DNA of 64,000 nt, from positions 27,812-91,811 of the forward strand of contig JAQGDQ010000820.1 of assembly GCA_030141605.1 (NCBI GenBank), given 5' to 3'. Origin of the DNA: Tubiluchus corallicola. Taxonomy: Eukaryota; Animalia; Priapulida. Under the pieces are notes generated by a model, which worked only from the letters and a program-made list of their open reading frames with translations, ran no database searches and was not told the DNA's origin. The position numbers and the translations under genes were made by a program. Below, piece by piece: positions 1 to 12,630 of the stretch. Within the stretch, counting starts at the first letter, position 1, and each line of letters opens with the position of its first letter.

Positions 1-696
1 CTACAGCTGCAGTTTGAATCACTCCACATTGTTGTTTGTCAACATACGGTCAAGCACACGCTGACTTCCTAAATACCAATGATATATCGAGTATTATCAA
101 GATACTGGTGCATTCTGACAATCGTTAGAAAAAGTATCACGATTCATCGATGTATCGTTACAGGCCGAATGTATATTGTAATAAAAGCTATCATGATGCA
201 TCGATACACTGAAGTAACGCTATAGGCCTACAACAAAAGATGGTTTTTGTTACGTGACAAACTGTTAATACATGCCATTCCATAACTTCGCTTGTAACAC
301 TAACACCGAGTTTACACTAACACTAACACTAACGCTAGCAGCTTTTTATCCGAGTGACCAACGAGCATGTCAACGTATATATGCCAGTTGGCCTGAATTT
401 GAAAGGATGAAATGCATCAAGATCGTGAAGAACAATTTCATGAAGAACAGGAAAATAATACATCATTGCATTTCAATTTTCCCTGCATAAACTTTTTGCC
501 ATTCCGTTAAATGTAATCCATAGAAGAGCAGGCAGAGAAAAACGTACATTGACAAGCCGTCACTACTGACACTAGTAATTAATTATTAATAATAATCATA
601 ATTATTATTAGGCTTACACGTAAATTATTATTGAAATCTAAGGCCCCGTATGGGTCACACGGGGACAAGCGGTCATAATAATATGACAACTGGTTA

Positions 697-1314
697 ATGT
701 CCCTCAAACGTAGTAAATGCAGCGCACTTTATATTCGTTCTAATTCTGCAATACCGTATTATCTGAGAGATGGTGCTTTTGAAGAAAAATCAGTTGTACG
801 TGATTTAGGTGTATTAATCTCAAACAACCTGAAGTGGAATTCACATACTGAGCATATTATTTCTCAGGCAATAGACGCATTAGAATGATAAAATTCTACA
901 TTTCATCACATAGTGCAAAAGTTATTGTACCTCTTTATAAAGCTGTAGTTAGGCCAATACCGGAACATGCAGCCATTGTTTGGTCACCACAGTGTTACTC
1001 ATAAAAATGCTTTAGAAAAAACTCAATGGAGATGTTTTAGTTTGGCCTCTGATATTCAACCTGACTCTGGATCTCCTCTTGAACAATGCCATGATACTAT
1101 ATATCTTATTAACTGTTACAAAGTGCGTAGTGACAATTTTTTTTCTAGACCACAACGTGATTTACGTGGACACAATTCTAAATTATTTGTACAATACTCT
1201 GGCACTTTCTTCTCTCCTCGTGTTTTGAGCCCTTGGAATTCACTTAATAGGGAAACAGTTGACGCATCAAATGTGCCGCAATTTCCGAAATTGTTGAGGA
1301 GAGACCGCCAATAA
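697..1314 (+). mobile_element. Decayed non-LTR retrotransposon (CR1/L2-group) ORF2 C-terminal fragment
   Basis: Broken frames contain RDLGVLISNNLKWNSHTEHI, LYKAVVRP, LRGHNSKL and FFSPRVLSPWNSL. These are typical post-RT motifs of CR1-group LINEs. Stops and frameshifts are present. Confidence 0.8.
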
Positions 1315-3599
1315 CCGTGTTGTGGTTAACTCTCTTAGACTTTGCAAACGAGTAAATATAAAATATTTATTTACAAAACAGCATGAATTACCGTCTTACT
1401 AACTTCGACGGAGCGTTAGTAATCAAATAGCTTGTGTAGTTCAACGCGAGTTTACCTGGCCTTAGTTACCATACACTACCTATCCTAGCAAAGTAGTTAC
1501 TACTACTTGCTATGCGAATACATTGACGTTACACCATAACTATACTAAAATTTTTACAAAGCATTTACTAACCCAAGCTTTACCTTTGACATCCGGAGCC
1601 CATGGTTTCCAAAAACGTTCTCAAGATCGTCTCTGCACTGTTCTGATTAATGTGTGTTTCTCACGCCTTTACTGCAAACTCAGAACTCAGATTCTTGAAT
1701 GCTTTGTGAAATGAAAATAGTCGCGCATTTGTAGTGACATTTCGGGCTGAATTCAATTTTGATTTTATTTCTCACGCCTATACTGCAAACTCAGAATCTC
1801 AGATTCTTGAATGTTTTGTGTAACAAAAGTAGTCGCGTATTTGTAGTGACATTTCGTGATGAATTCAATTTAGGCTGATTTTATCCGAAAATCATCGCTT
1901 ATCGTAATTTAATGAAGATTCATACATTAGAACGAAAGAAACTCCTTCGAGTTCAAAAGTCATACTTCAAAGATTAAGATGGTTAGGACACTTTCTTAAT
2001 TACTATGTGAAACATCAGTAACAATAGCCTCAAAGAAGCCTCAAATCCCTGTAAAAAACTGGCAAATCACAAACAACTTGGATAGGTATTAATAAAGATG
2101 GTCAACTATTTTACTCAAAGCTAGCTTTAGAAGCAGAAGAACTTGTGCTGTTAGCTGCAGATATGAGTAGGTGACAAGTTGCAATAAACGGTATGTCACA
2201 AAGTCTTCAAAAGATGGAATGAGACTTTGATAATTATGATCACTGTACGATCTCGAGAGAAAGTTAGTATAAAAATGTTGTCATAATATTTTTGTAAATA
2301 CCATAAGATGGCAATGTGGACTTCCCCAACATTGTACGATACTGATATTTGTTATCAATCGGTTTAAACCATGTGTTTCTAATACTGGAGCGGCAATATA
2401 GGCACAATATTGTACTAGCATTGCACAAAGATACGCATATTGTACCAACATGTTCACAATATTTTCGAAACATTTTTTATGAGATCTTTACCGTATGGAA
2501 CAATACAGTGTGCTGCATGAGTTGTCATCAGGAACACATCTAGTGTTAATAATTATTCAATACTAGAACTACGTTTTTTAAACTGGTTAATTCACAAGTG
2601 TAATATTAAAATTATGAAAAAAAAAAGATATGTGCCGTGGTATCCCAGGTGTCAGGATACAATAAGCTATGCTTAAAACTTGGTAGATGTGAATGTTATT
2701 ATTTTCTAATGCTTAATAATTATAATGCTTATTATTAGATCTGTTTTTATTTTTGCACTCCTTATTGCCAAAAATAAAAAATCAACAAAATTATTGAAAA
2801 ATGATCAAGTAATGACGTCATTTTTATTAAAAAACACCCTAAATTGTGCCCCTATACAGGACACTAGATAACTGTCTGCAGGGAAGGATGCTCTGTCAAC
2901 TGAGAACAGATTTAAATTTAGTGTGAAAGCGTTGCACCATTCACATAGCCTGCCGTCTTGAGGAGCATGGTCAAGAATAAAAGGGATCACTATTGAACTC
3001 AAGTTTACTCATACACTTTCCATATACTATTGTATTAGTGTCTGGCAAAGTTGCATCACATGAATTTCCGAACCATTCAGTTTGATATGCTAGAATGTGA
3101 GAGGCCCACAATAATTTTTTTTAAATATTCCTGAATTCTCAACTGATTCAGCAACATTCTGTATATTATTCTCTTTTATTACTCGTTGACGTAGTGCATT
3201 GTTAACCATTGCTTTTGCACCTGGACATTGGACAATGGTAAAAAGTGCGTAAAAAGTTATTTGACTTAAATTTCGCTTCAGAAAGTATTCGCTTTTTGCA
3301 AATCGTCACATTTTCGTGTAGCAGGCATAATAGCGCTTTGGATCACTTCGCACTCTTAGTATTAATTAATAAACTTTACTGTTATCTAGCCATTTATGTG
3401 AAGGCGTTAATTATCAATATATTTATGCACTTACCTGTTTCCATGACAAATACGGTCATCGAGTGAGGTCCTACGAGGACTTTATAAGGTATAATTTACT
3501 TGTTAACTTTTTTCACATGAATGTACGTTGCAAGACGTAGGTAAGCGTGAATTGGTGCGGTAGGAACCTAAACGATTCCCTGACTACCTGTGATTAAAG

Positions 3600-3812
3600 C
3601 CTACTTGCTGCCAATCTTTTGAATTTTGTACGAATTGCAGTTAAAACTTTCGGCATTTATGGTTCAGAGGGAAAAAGATTTGTGCTTAGTACTTTAGGCA
3701 AACGCATTCAATGTGCCATGGGGAGACTAGGTCTACAAGATTTTTATTTTAGCGTTTATCCATTGCCTTACAAAGAAGTAATGCGATAAGCATTATGGGA
3801 ACAATTTTTCCA
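3600..3812 (+). mobile_element. Fragment of a CRE-clade (restriction-like endonuclease) non-LTR retrotransposon C-terminus
   Basis: Manual translation across frameshifts gives FVRIAVKTFGIYGSEGKRF...LGKRI...TRFLF.RLSIALQRSNAISIMGT. This matches the recalled CRE-type end FxPxAVETxGxWG...QRISIAIQRGNAxxxxGT. Confidence 0.7.
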
Positions 3813-4021
3813 CGTCTAAAAAGATTGAAGAAATTATGAGCCGCCTTCAATATTAATATTTCACTTTATTGACCTCGTATCCTTGACTGTAGCAAAAATC
3901 TCATTTTTCAGGAGATCACTTTATGACAAAACATTAACAACGTATCTATTTTAGCACTTTTTAAAATCTACTGCTCATTTTTACATTGTATTAACTATTA
4001 ATACTTTTAATATACTATTAG

Positions 4022-4792
4022 TAGGGCTGTAACGATACACCTAAGTCATGATGCGATACATTTCACGATACAAATTTAGTTACCGTTTGCAGGCTTTAAT
4101 AAAAAAAACTAGATTAAGCTGTTGATATATTATATATGCTAAGTGTTAAATAATTCAGCAAACTGCTTGATTTCTGTTTATGCTCTTGTATTATTTGCAT
4201 TGTAAGTCACCAGAAATGCAAAACATTTCAATACTTTAGATATAAAAATATCGTAGTTCACATTTGTTACAAGCCATTTCAGAAACTTATGAGCAAAAAC
4301 TTAATTAGCCTACTACAGATTATAAACATGTTGTAGTTTCAACCTCTTTGCTTTGGTTGCTAGCGGCAGGTCTGCCTGTGTCAAGGTCAAGTCTGCTAAT
4401 GCAGCGCTCACCGCACCTCTTTGCTTTGGTTGCTAGCGGCAGGTCTGCCTGTGTCAAGGTCAAGTCTGCTAATGCAGCGCTCACCGCACCTCTTCGCTTT
4501 GGTTGCTAGCGGCAGGTCTGCCTGTGTCAAGGTCAAGTCTGCTAATGCAGCGCTCACCGCACCGCACCTCTTCGCTTTGGTTGCTAGCGGCAGGTCTGCC
4601 TGTGTCAAGGTCAAGTCTGCTAATGCAGCGCTCAGCGCACTAATTGTTATGTGTCTACAGTACATTCTGTTATTATAAGCGGACAGTCAAGCTTATGGTA
4701 AATATCAGCGATTCAGATTATCACGATACTGGTTCACTTTGATAATACGCGTATCGTCACAAAAGGTATCACGATGCATCGTTACAGGTCTA
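4022..4792. mobile_element. hAT-like MITE with an internal ~68-bp tandem repeat
   Basis: Imperfect TIRs TAGGGCTGTAACGAT...ATCGTTACAGGTCTA. About 4 copies of a ~68-bp unit lie at 4340-4635. Related right-end sequence occurs at ~75-230. No convincing TSD. Confidence 0.6.
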
Positions 4793-5527
4793 GAATATTG
4801 TATTTATTTTCATGTCTTTGTTCTAATTACTGTTTTCAAATTGTTGCATAATGTGCAGCCATAATTAAAACGTGCTGCTGGATATACATAGCCCATTCAA
4901 AATGAATAGATCGTCAATTGAAATGTAGTTTTCGGGGTCATGAGATGTTTTTTTAGTAACCTGCAAACACTGCCTAAGAACAGAACCATTTTACTAGTCA
5001 TTTTAAAATTTTCCAAGATTCAAAGGTATATCATATAATACTAGATGTATTTGTGGGGCAGGGGGTAAGTTTGTTCTGATGCTCTAGTTGAGTTATTTAA
5101 GGTATTGAAAAGGTGTGCATTCTATTATAATTGCTTTTACAAAGTATTAAATAAATTACTGGAAGATGACATGTTTTTTCAATAATCGTGGTGCAGATAA
5201 TATTATAAAATTATGTTAAGTTTTTATTACTTTACTTTGACGCAACACTTAGTAAATTCGATACAAAATTAAACAAAATTAACATTAGTGGTGTAATTGT
5301 TTAAGATTTTAAGAGAAGTATATTTATTTATTATTAAATGTAATTAAATATGTATACTATTACTACCTAGATTGAATACAAATGCAGTAGGTGCTGCTTA
5401 ATAGACTCACTGTGGGACCGATGTGATTTGACCCAATTAACCGACTGAATCATTACTCATCCCTTCTATTACTATCCCATCACTTCAATATTGACTTTGT
5501 GATTTGGATTGACAAAGTTGTTTTATC

Positions 5528-6027
5528 TAGGGATGAGAATTTTCCGCGGAATTTCGAGTTTCTGGAATACCAGTAGTGCCATTTTTGTAAATCACGTAAA
5601 TTCGTTGAGAAAATTTTTACGGACCCAGTACATTATTTCACAAGCTGACCGCTAGTTGGCAGGCCGTTACTTTATTTACGTCACGTACATCAGTGTAACC
5701 ACGTGTAGATCTCTATGTATAAAAATATAGAATCAATTGTGTGGAGTTATTTGAGTCAATTGCAGACAGTTTTTATATACTTTTGCATAGGAGCGGCCAG
5801 CACTTAGGTGTTTTTGAGACAATTAGGTATCATGTATCCTTGATAGTTGGGTATTTTAAATTATGCATGAAACAAGGTAACTGATATTTTAAGTCCACTT
5901 AGAGGCTGTCTGTGGTCACAAAATTGCAATTTGTTGCTTCGCCCCTTGAACTGCCACGGGGGTCTACGCGAGCCCCTAACCCCCGGCCTGTTTCAGAGTT
6001 TTTTGTAATTTGTCATTCTCATCCCTG
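5528..6027. mobile_element. hAT-like MITE (500 bp)
   Basis: TIR TAGGGATGAGAAT / ATTCTCATCCCTG with a perfect 8-bp TSD (GTTTTATC) on both sides. An inverted copy lies at 59641-60144. Confidence 0.85.
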
Positions 6028-7429
6028 GTTTTATCTTAACGTACATTTTATGGGTATTCACTAAGGTTTATGCTCGGCAGTGTAAATTCATTAGCCTTTG
6101 TAATTAAAGAACAGATGCTTAGCGCTTTTAATTCTCACTAATGCTGGAAAATAAAAATGTCAAGATTTAATCGTACATTTCCGTTAAAATGCATCACCAT
6201 TCAGGGAAAGGAATTTATTCCGTTTCTACAGCTGATGTCTGCACTCAAGGCTTGTTTATGTCTGCGTTAGTATTATGTTTTGTTTTGTTTATGACTAGAT
6301 AATTAGTAAGAATCCGGATTGATCCTGAATAACCATGCAAACTGTACTTTCATGAAAATCTTTTCATTATTCAGCCTTCGCTTATTAAGGCCCAGTAAGC
6401 TTTTCACAGTTCCAGTGATTGATGATGATCGTGAAAAGGTCAAAGGTTAAGTGTACCAGACAACGCCTCACAGCTCATGCTGTTGTAGCAGTAACAGTTT
6501 AACAGCTAGCTAGAACCTTACCTAGTTCATTTTTTTCTTTTTCCAAGCAGGATCCTGTTAGTAAATCACTCTATGCACAGACTAATGCACAACTAAGCAA
6601 AGTCTTTGTAAAAATTGTAACTGAAGTTACTGAAATACAGCATCAGGCGAATTTGCTTTACCCACATATCACGTGAAGGTTGTACTTGAGACGCCTTCCT
6701 TGACCTCGGGTCACCGACCTAGATAACCTAACTTTTGATGATCAGTCACCTGTTTAAGGTCACTAACTACCCATTCAATCTGAATTTATTTACCTGTGTT
6801 TTACCTGTCAGAGAACTTTTTTTTTTAACCAGCCATCATTTTCTTCTGATCTTTTACTGTAATCTGCAAATGATTTAGCTTTAGACTAATGCAGAATTTT
6901 TCATTTTTCCTGAGTTCCAGTCTTCCAAGAGAGTATTCAATGTGAACCATTGAAAAATGCAGGAAACCAATTAATTTCAAAGGAAAAAAATGCAGCTATT
7001 AATGCTAAATCTGGCGGCTTTCTCTCTCTCTGTGCCAGCAATTGTCACGTTTAAACAGTGGCTGATGCATATATTTGGTTCTTCAGTTTCTCAGGTGTAA
7101 GACTGAATCAATATCCTCGTCTATATTTACCTGCGCGTTGTTGTGCTTGACTACCTGCATGCTTACGCTGTCGTCAATAATATACATAGCAGCCATCATT
7201 ACATACAGTGGCTCGTTACTGTGCTCATGACAGCGTGTTGGGAATTTCAACACTGGAAGGACTGAATTAAAACATCAAGGTAATTAATATACGTATTCTT
7301 TTTATTAAATAAGTGACACGCGTATTAGTCATTTTTAGTGTGGCAGCAAATGACACTATAATGGCTTCATTATGTTGCTTGTTAGTTCCATGTTTGAATG
7401 GATAGTAAATAAAATTTAAACCCAGAATA

Positions 7430-8047
7430 AAAAATGAATGTGATCATTGTGAGCAGAGTGTGCAGCATGTGTAAATATAAAAATGAATGTGATCATTGTG
7501 AGCAGAGTGTGCAGCATGTGATCATTGTGAGCAGAGTGTGCAGCATGTGCAAATATAAAATTGAATGTGATCACTGTGAGCAGAGTGTGCAGCATGTGCA
7601 AATATAAAAATGAATGTGATCATTGTGAGCAGAGTGTGCAGCATGTGCAAATATAAAAATGAATGTGATCATTGTGAGCAGAGTGTGCAGCATGTGCAAA
7701 TATAAAAATGAATGTGATCATTGTGAGCAGAGTGTGCAGCATGTATAAATATAAAAATGAATGTGATCATTGTGAGCAGAGTGTGCAGCATGTGCAAATA
7801 TAAAAATGAATGTGATCATTGTGAGCAGAGTATGCAGCATGTGCAAATATAAAATTGAATGTGATCATTGTGAGCAGAGTGTGCAGCATGTGCAAATATA
7901 AAAATGAATGTGATCATTGTGAGCAGAGTGTGCAGCATGTGCAAATATAAAAATGAATGTGATCATTGTGAGCAGAGTGTGCAGCATGTGTAAATATAAA
8001 AATGAATGTGATCATTGTGAGCAGAGTATGCAGCATGTGCAAATATA
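7430..8047. repeat. 49-bp minisatellite, ~12 copies
   Basis: Unit AAATATAAAAATGAATGTGATCATTGTGAGCAGAGTGTGCAGCATGTGC. It probably lies in a 5'UTR intron of the annexin-fusion gene (candidate donor GT at 7280, acceptors ending at 8616 and 8625). Confidence 0.9.
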
Positions 8048-8656
8048 TTCAAATAAAGAGTTGCAGTGAGCCTGCTTGTAAAAATGTCACATATTTATAA
8101 TTGATTATAGGCTACATTTACTATTAAAAACACATTGTGTAATATCTGTTGCACATTTATATATACCTTATTATTTAGACCTACAAAGTTTTACATATTT
8201 ATAAATTGATTATAGGCTACATTTACTATTAAAAACACATTGTGTAATATCTGTAGTACATTTATATATACCTGATTATTTAGACCTACAAAGTTTTACA
8301 TATTTATAAATTGATTATAGGCTACATTTATTCCATTTTTGAGTATGTTACAGACTGTACGTAATACTAATTTTTTAAGTGCATTGTATAATATCTATAG
8401 CACATAATTATATACTTGATTATTAAACGTACGGTATTTAGGTTATACATAAGCTATTGGCTGTATGTAATACTAAAAACACTATGTGTAACATCTGGTT
8501 ACCCGATTATTTAGTAATATGACCATTATGATAATATTGAGTATGTATGCCTGGTTATTTAGATCTACAATAAGGTAGGCAAAATAGACTTTTTAAAGAG
8601 ACAATTATTTTTTTAGATTTTGCAGATTTGCTGAGAAATCAAGCTGATATATCAGA

Positions 8657-11600
8657 ATGTACTGGAACACAAGCAGCGGACCAGTGGCTGCTCCAAAAAT
8701 CACTCCTTTGCGTGATCCCTTGTTGGGCTTAACGACGACAAAAATCGATACTGGCACCTATATCGAGTTGCTAACTGACACGCAAGGTGCCAAACTTTTC
8801 TTCTCTGTTGACGGCAGTAAACCGAATCCGTTTCATCCTAAGATCGGCGGCAAAGAAGTGACGCATAAATATATCGGACCGTTTACGTTGAAACCCGGAA
8901 AACGACTTTTGAAAGCTTTAGCGGTGAGTCGGGATGGATTGCACGAAAGCCAGGTGGTTTCCAAGACATTTGTTGTAGAAGAGAAAGTTGAGAATAGTGA
9001 TGATGAGAACGACCCACTGTGGGCTGATGATGGACTTAGCACGGCCGTGGATGACAGTTTCGATTGTGACAAACCACCTGTGGGATTTTCACATTTAGAT
9101 CAGTATCGAGTGCCAACGAAGCCTATTGTAAAAAGCAAGGTGAAAAATGCTTGGACGAAGCCACCTGCAGCTGCGCATACGAGAGATGATGGTCACATTA
9201 ACCCTATCAATTATAGTGGTACTCAGGTGAATATATTTGGAATTCCTCCTCAAGCATCGAGTTCTACTCCTTCGTTATCTCAGGTTGACAAACGTGGTGT
9301 TGCATTTTCAACTTATCCGTCTTCACCATACAATTCTGTTCCATATTTAGACACTTACAGATCAAATACTGGATATTTTACCGAGCAAATGATCAAAAAC
9401 TTAGAACACGGTGGTCCGCTGCATGTAAGCGATGTAAAAAATCAAATTGCTACTGAAGAAAGGCTTGCCATTGAATATCCTCCAATTCAGAAGAAAAAAC
9501 TCAGCCCTGGAAAAGGTTTGTGGCGACAACAGGTAGATCATATCTACTCGAACCTGTTGGAATATGCTAAAGAGGCTGGTGATTTTAGACACGAGCTGGG
9601 TATGAAGAGATTAGGCCAAGTAGTTTCAGCAGCTTTAGAAGAAGATGAAGATACGTACCATTTTATTGTGACTTTAGCTAAAGCTGATAAAGATGTACAG
9701 CAAACCCCTAAGCTTACTTTACGGCCTGAAACTCCACTGAAGGTTGAAAAGCCAACGTTGAGCAAACCTGCTAAAGTAGTAATGCATACAAACAAAGTAA
9801 AGAGCAAAATGAATGAGTTTATTAATGAAGAAGAAGTGCAAAGAGAAGGAACTGTTAAGGCATTTAAAGGATTTGATGCAGAACAAGATGCCGAGGCTTT
9901 ACAACAAGCAATGAAAGGTCTAGGTACAGATGAGGACACAATTATTCAGGTTATGGCAACAAGATCAAATAAACAACGACAAGATATAATTAAGACATAT
10001 AAAACAATGTTTGGAAAAGGCTTGATTTCAGAACTGGAAAGTGAATTAAGTGGAAATCTTTGCGCTACTGTGCTGGCACTGTGTGAGCCGCGTGTTCATT
10101 TTGATGCAACTCAGTTGCACAAAGCTATCAAAGGGCTCGGCACAGATGAGAATACTTTGATTGAAGTTCTTTGTACTAGAAGCAATAAAGAAATAAAGGA
10201 TATATGTACTGTTTATAAACAATTGTTTGGAAGAAGCTTGGAGAAAGATATTGCGGATGACACGTCTGGTCATTTTAAAAGATTCTTAATATCCCTAGTC
10301 CAAGGAAACAGAGACGAAAGTAATTTAGTGAACAAAACCAAAGCAAGGGAAGATGCTGAAGCTATGTACAGGGCAGGTGAAAATAAATTTGGCACAGACG
10401 AATCAAGATTTAACGTAGTTCTTTGCTCTAGAAGCAGTGCCCATCTTAGAGCTACATTTGAATTTTATAAATCTATAGCAAAAAAAGACATTGAGGATTC
10501 CATTAGTAGTGAAATGTCGGGAAATTTAAAAGCGGCCATGTTGGCTGTTGTGAGATGTATACGAGATCAACCAGGTTATTTTGCACAGCAGTTACATAAG
10601 TCAATGAAAGGTGCTGGTACAGGTGACGATACTCTGATCAGAATTGTCGTTTCCCGATGTGAAGTAGACATGGTACAGATTCGTTATGCATTTCGGAAAA
10701 AATATAAACAAAGTTTGGCTCAGTTTATTCAAGACGACACCTCGGGTGATTATAGAAAGGTGCTGTTAATGTTGATCGGCGAACCAGTGACACTCCGTCC
10801 AAAGTATGTTGCTAGTACTACTACGAATTATGATCGTGTCGCTGAGAATGATTCGGAAGATGAACGCGATGAAGATAGACATATGCCGATTGATGATGGC
10901 AGACGCAAATCTGCTGACTCTAGTACTCCTAAAACCAGATTCATCCAGGAACCCGAGTATGAAGCCACTGGTACAATAGCCGACTATGTTAATTTTAATG
11001 CTGAGTCTGACGCAGAAATTCTTCGCAAAGCAATGAAAGGTCTCGGCACAAATGAAAAGGCCATAATGAATGTATATGGCAGACGTGCTTCAAATCAGAT
11101 TCAGTTAGTTATACAGGCTTATAAAACCATGTTCGGGAAAGATTTGATTTCGGATCTGAAAGGAGAACTTAGTGGAAATTTTTCTACGTTAGTACTGGCC
11201 CTCTGTTTTACAAAAGAAAAGTTTGATGCATCAGAGCTACGTAAAGCAGTACAAGGGCTTGGAACAAAAGAGTCTGTATTAATAGAAATACTTTGCACTA
11301 GAACAAATAAACAGATATCTATGATTTCACAAAGCTACAAACAAATGTTTGGAAGGGATCTGGAGAAAGATATTAAATCAGATACATCGGGACATTTTCA
11401 GAGATTACTTGTTTCAATGCTGCAAGGCAATAGGGATGACAACACATCTGTGAATGTAGATAAAGCAAAAGAAGATGCACACGCTTTGTACGAGGCAGGA
11501 GAGAAATCTTGGGGAATGGATGAGTCTCGTTTTAATGCCATTCTGGCTTCACGAAGTTTTGCTCATTTAAGAGTGGTTTTTCGTGAGTATGGCACTCTTT

Positions 11601-11914
11601 CTAAAAAAGACATCATCTCAGCTGTTAAAAGTGAAATGTCAGGTGACTTACAGACAAGTATGTTAACCATAATAAAATGCATTCAGAACAAGCCGGGTTA
11701 CTTTGCCGAACGGTTGTATCACGCTATGAAAGGTTTGGGGACCGACGACGACACGCTGATTCGTGTAATCGTGTCGCGCTGCGAAACGGACATGGTACAG
11801 ATTAAAGCGGAGTTTAATAAAACGTACGGCAAAGGTGGTCTTGGTAAATGGATCATGGATGACTGCTCCGGTGACTACAGAGATTTGCTGTTAATGTTAA
11901 TTGGTGAAAAGTAA
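8657..11914 (+). CDS. DZANK1-like N-terminal modules fused to an octad (8-repeat) annexin; single coding exon, 1085 aa
   Basis: aa 1-108 form a CHB_HEX_C/Fn3-associated-like domain resembling the DZANK1 N-terminus (PKITPLR..IDTGTYIEL.TDT.GAKLFFSVDGSKP..KY.GPFTL.PGK..LKA.AV). aa ~282-340 resemble the DZANK1 block SPGxGxWRQQxDHI. aa ~398-708 and ~772-1085 are two annexin tetrads with KGxGT loops and acidic caps. Polypyrimidine/AG acceptors lie just upstream of the ATG. Confidence 0.92.
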   Translation: MYWNTSSGPVAAPKITPLRDPLLGLTTTKIDTGTYIELLTDTQGAKLFFSVDGSKPNPFHPKIGGKEVTHKYIGPFTLKPGKRLLKALAVSRDGLHESQVVSKTFVVEEKVENSDDENDPLWADDGLSTAVDDSFDCDKPPVGFSHLDQYRVPTKPIVKSKVKNAWTKPPAAAHTRDDGHINPINYSGTQVNIFGIPPQASSSTPSLSQVDKRGVAFSTYPSSPYNSVPYLDTYRSNTGYFTEQMIKNLEHGGPLHVSDVKNQIATEERLAIEYPPIQKKKLSPGKGLWRQQVDHIYSNLLEYAKEAGDFRHELGMKRLGQVVSAALEEDEDTYHFIVTLAKADKDVQQTPKLTLRPETPLKVEKPTLSKPAKVVMHTNKVKSKMNEFINEEEVQREGTVKAFKGFDAEQDAEALQQAMKGLGTDEDTIIQVMATRSNKQRQDIIKTYKTMFGKGLISELESELSGNLCATVLALCEPRVHFDATQLHKAIKGLGTDENTLIEVLCTRSNKEIKDICTVYKQLFGRSLEKDIADDTSGHFKRFLISLVQGNRDESNLVNKTKAREDAEAMYRAGENKFGTDESRFNVVLCSRSSAHLRATFEFYKSIAKKDIEDSISSEMSGNLKAAMLAVVRCIRDQPGYFAQQLHKSMKGAGTGDDTLIRIVVSRCEVDMVQIRYAFRKKYKQSLAQFIQDDTSGDYRKVLLMLIGEPVTLRPKYVASTTTNYDRVAENDSEDERDEDRHMPIDDGRRKSADSSTPKTRFIQEPEYEATGTIADYVNFNAESDAEILRKAMKGLGTNEKAIMNVYGRRASNQIQLVIQAYKTMFGKDLISDLKGELSGNFSTLVLALCFTKEKFDASELRKAVQGLGTKESVLIEILCTRTNKQISMISQSYKQMFGRDLEKDIKSDTSGHFQRLLVSMLQGNRDDNTSVNVDKAKEDAHALYEAGEKSWGMDESRFNAILASRSFAHLRVVFREYGTLSKKDIISAVKSEMSGDLQTSMLTIIKCIQNKPGYFAERLYHAMKGLGTDDDTLIRVIVSRCETDMVQIKAEFNKTYGKGGLGKWIMDDCSGDYRDLLLMLIGEK

Positions 11915-11929
11915 AATGTGGAAATTTTG

Positions 11930-12115
11930 ATTGTTTATTATAGTCATTGTGATGCGGACAACATTGTTTACTCTTTGTTTATTATAGTCATTGTGATGCC
12001 AACATAACATTGTTTACTCTTTGTTTATTATACTCATTGTGATGCCCACATAACATTGTTTACTCTTTGTTTATTATAGTCATTGTGATGCCGACATAAC
12101 ATTGTTTACTCTTTA
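11930..12115. repeat. 46-bp tandem repeat x4 in the annexin-fusion 3'UTR
   Basis: Unit TTGTTTATTATAGTCATTGTGATGCCGACATAACATTGTTTACTCT. Confidence 0.85.
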
Positions 12116-12347
12116 TTATCCTACATCCAGTTTTCCACAGTTGTTACAGTTTTATAAGATGTGTTAAAATGAAAACAATTTTACTATACGTTTAAGAGTT
12201 TTGTTTCTTTATTTATTAAGTACATTGTTGCATTATATATTATTTTTATTTAATGAAACAACTGAAATTTGACTGTATTAAAACTTCAACTTCAAAACTT
12301 AAAACTTCATAAAGTTTTTTTTGAACTAGCTCACGAGGTCCCTGATC

Positions 12348-12630
12348 TTTAAAGCAAAACCAGTTTTTAAAAGATATAAAGGAAAAATACTGTTTTTTAA
12401 AGATTGATTTACGTAAAACAATTATTACCACCCTAGGTTCGTGCCACTAGTTCTTCGCTGTTACATGCATTTCGCCATTCGCTAGTTAGACAAGCTTTAG
12501 CGCCTCCGTTTCGGAAAACGCACAAAAACAGGTGCTGTACCTCTCATTTCAGATGTGTTAGTTTGTGATGAACTACACATGTTCGACAGCTCATGCGTGA
12601 GTAAAGCTGTAAATTTGAAAGTTGACGCAA
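12348..12630 (+). mobile_element. Partial copy of a dispersed TTAA-flanked (Kolobok-like) non-autonomous element
   Basis: Shares CCACTAGTTCTTCGCTGTTACATGCATTTC...CAGATGTGTTAGTTTGTGA with copies at 14395-14875, 33494-34075, 48316-48917, 59049-60190 and 60420-60850. Confidence 0.7.

Noticed and set aside
1980-3240. Possible decayed coding sequence
   Set aside because: Short stop-interrupted frames with no motif I can recognise.
8657-11914. Gene symbol ANXA6 or DZANK1
   Set aside because: The architecture fits neither ortholog, so the symbol is withheld.
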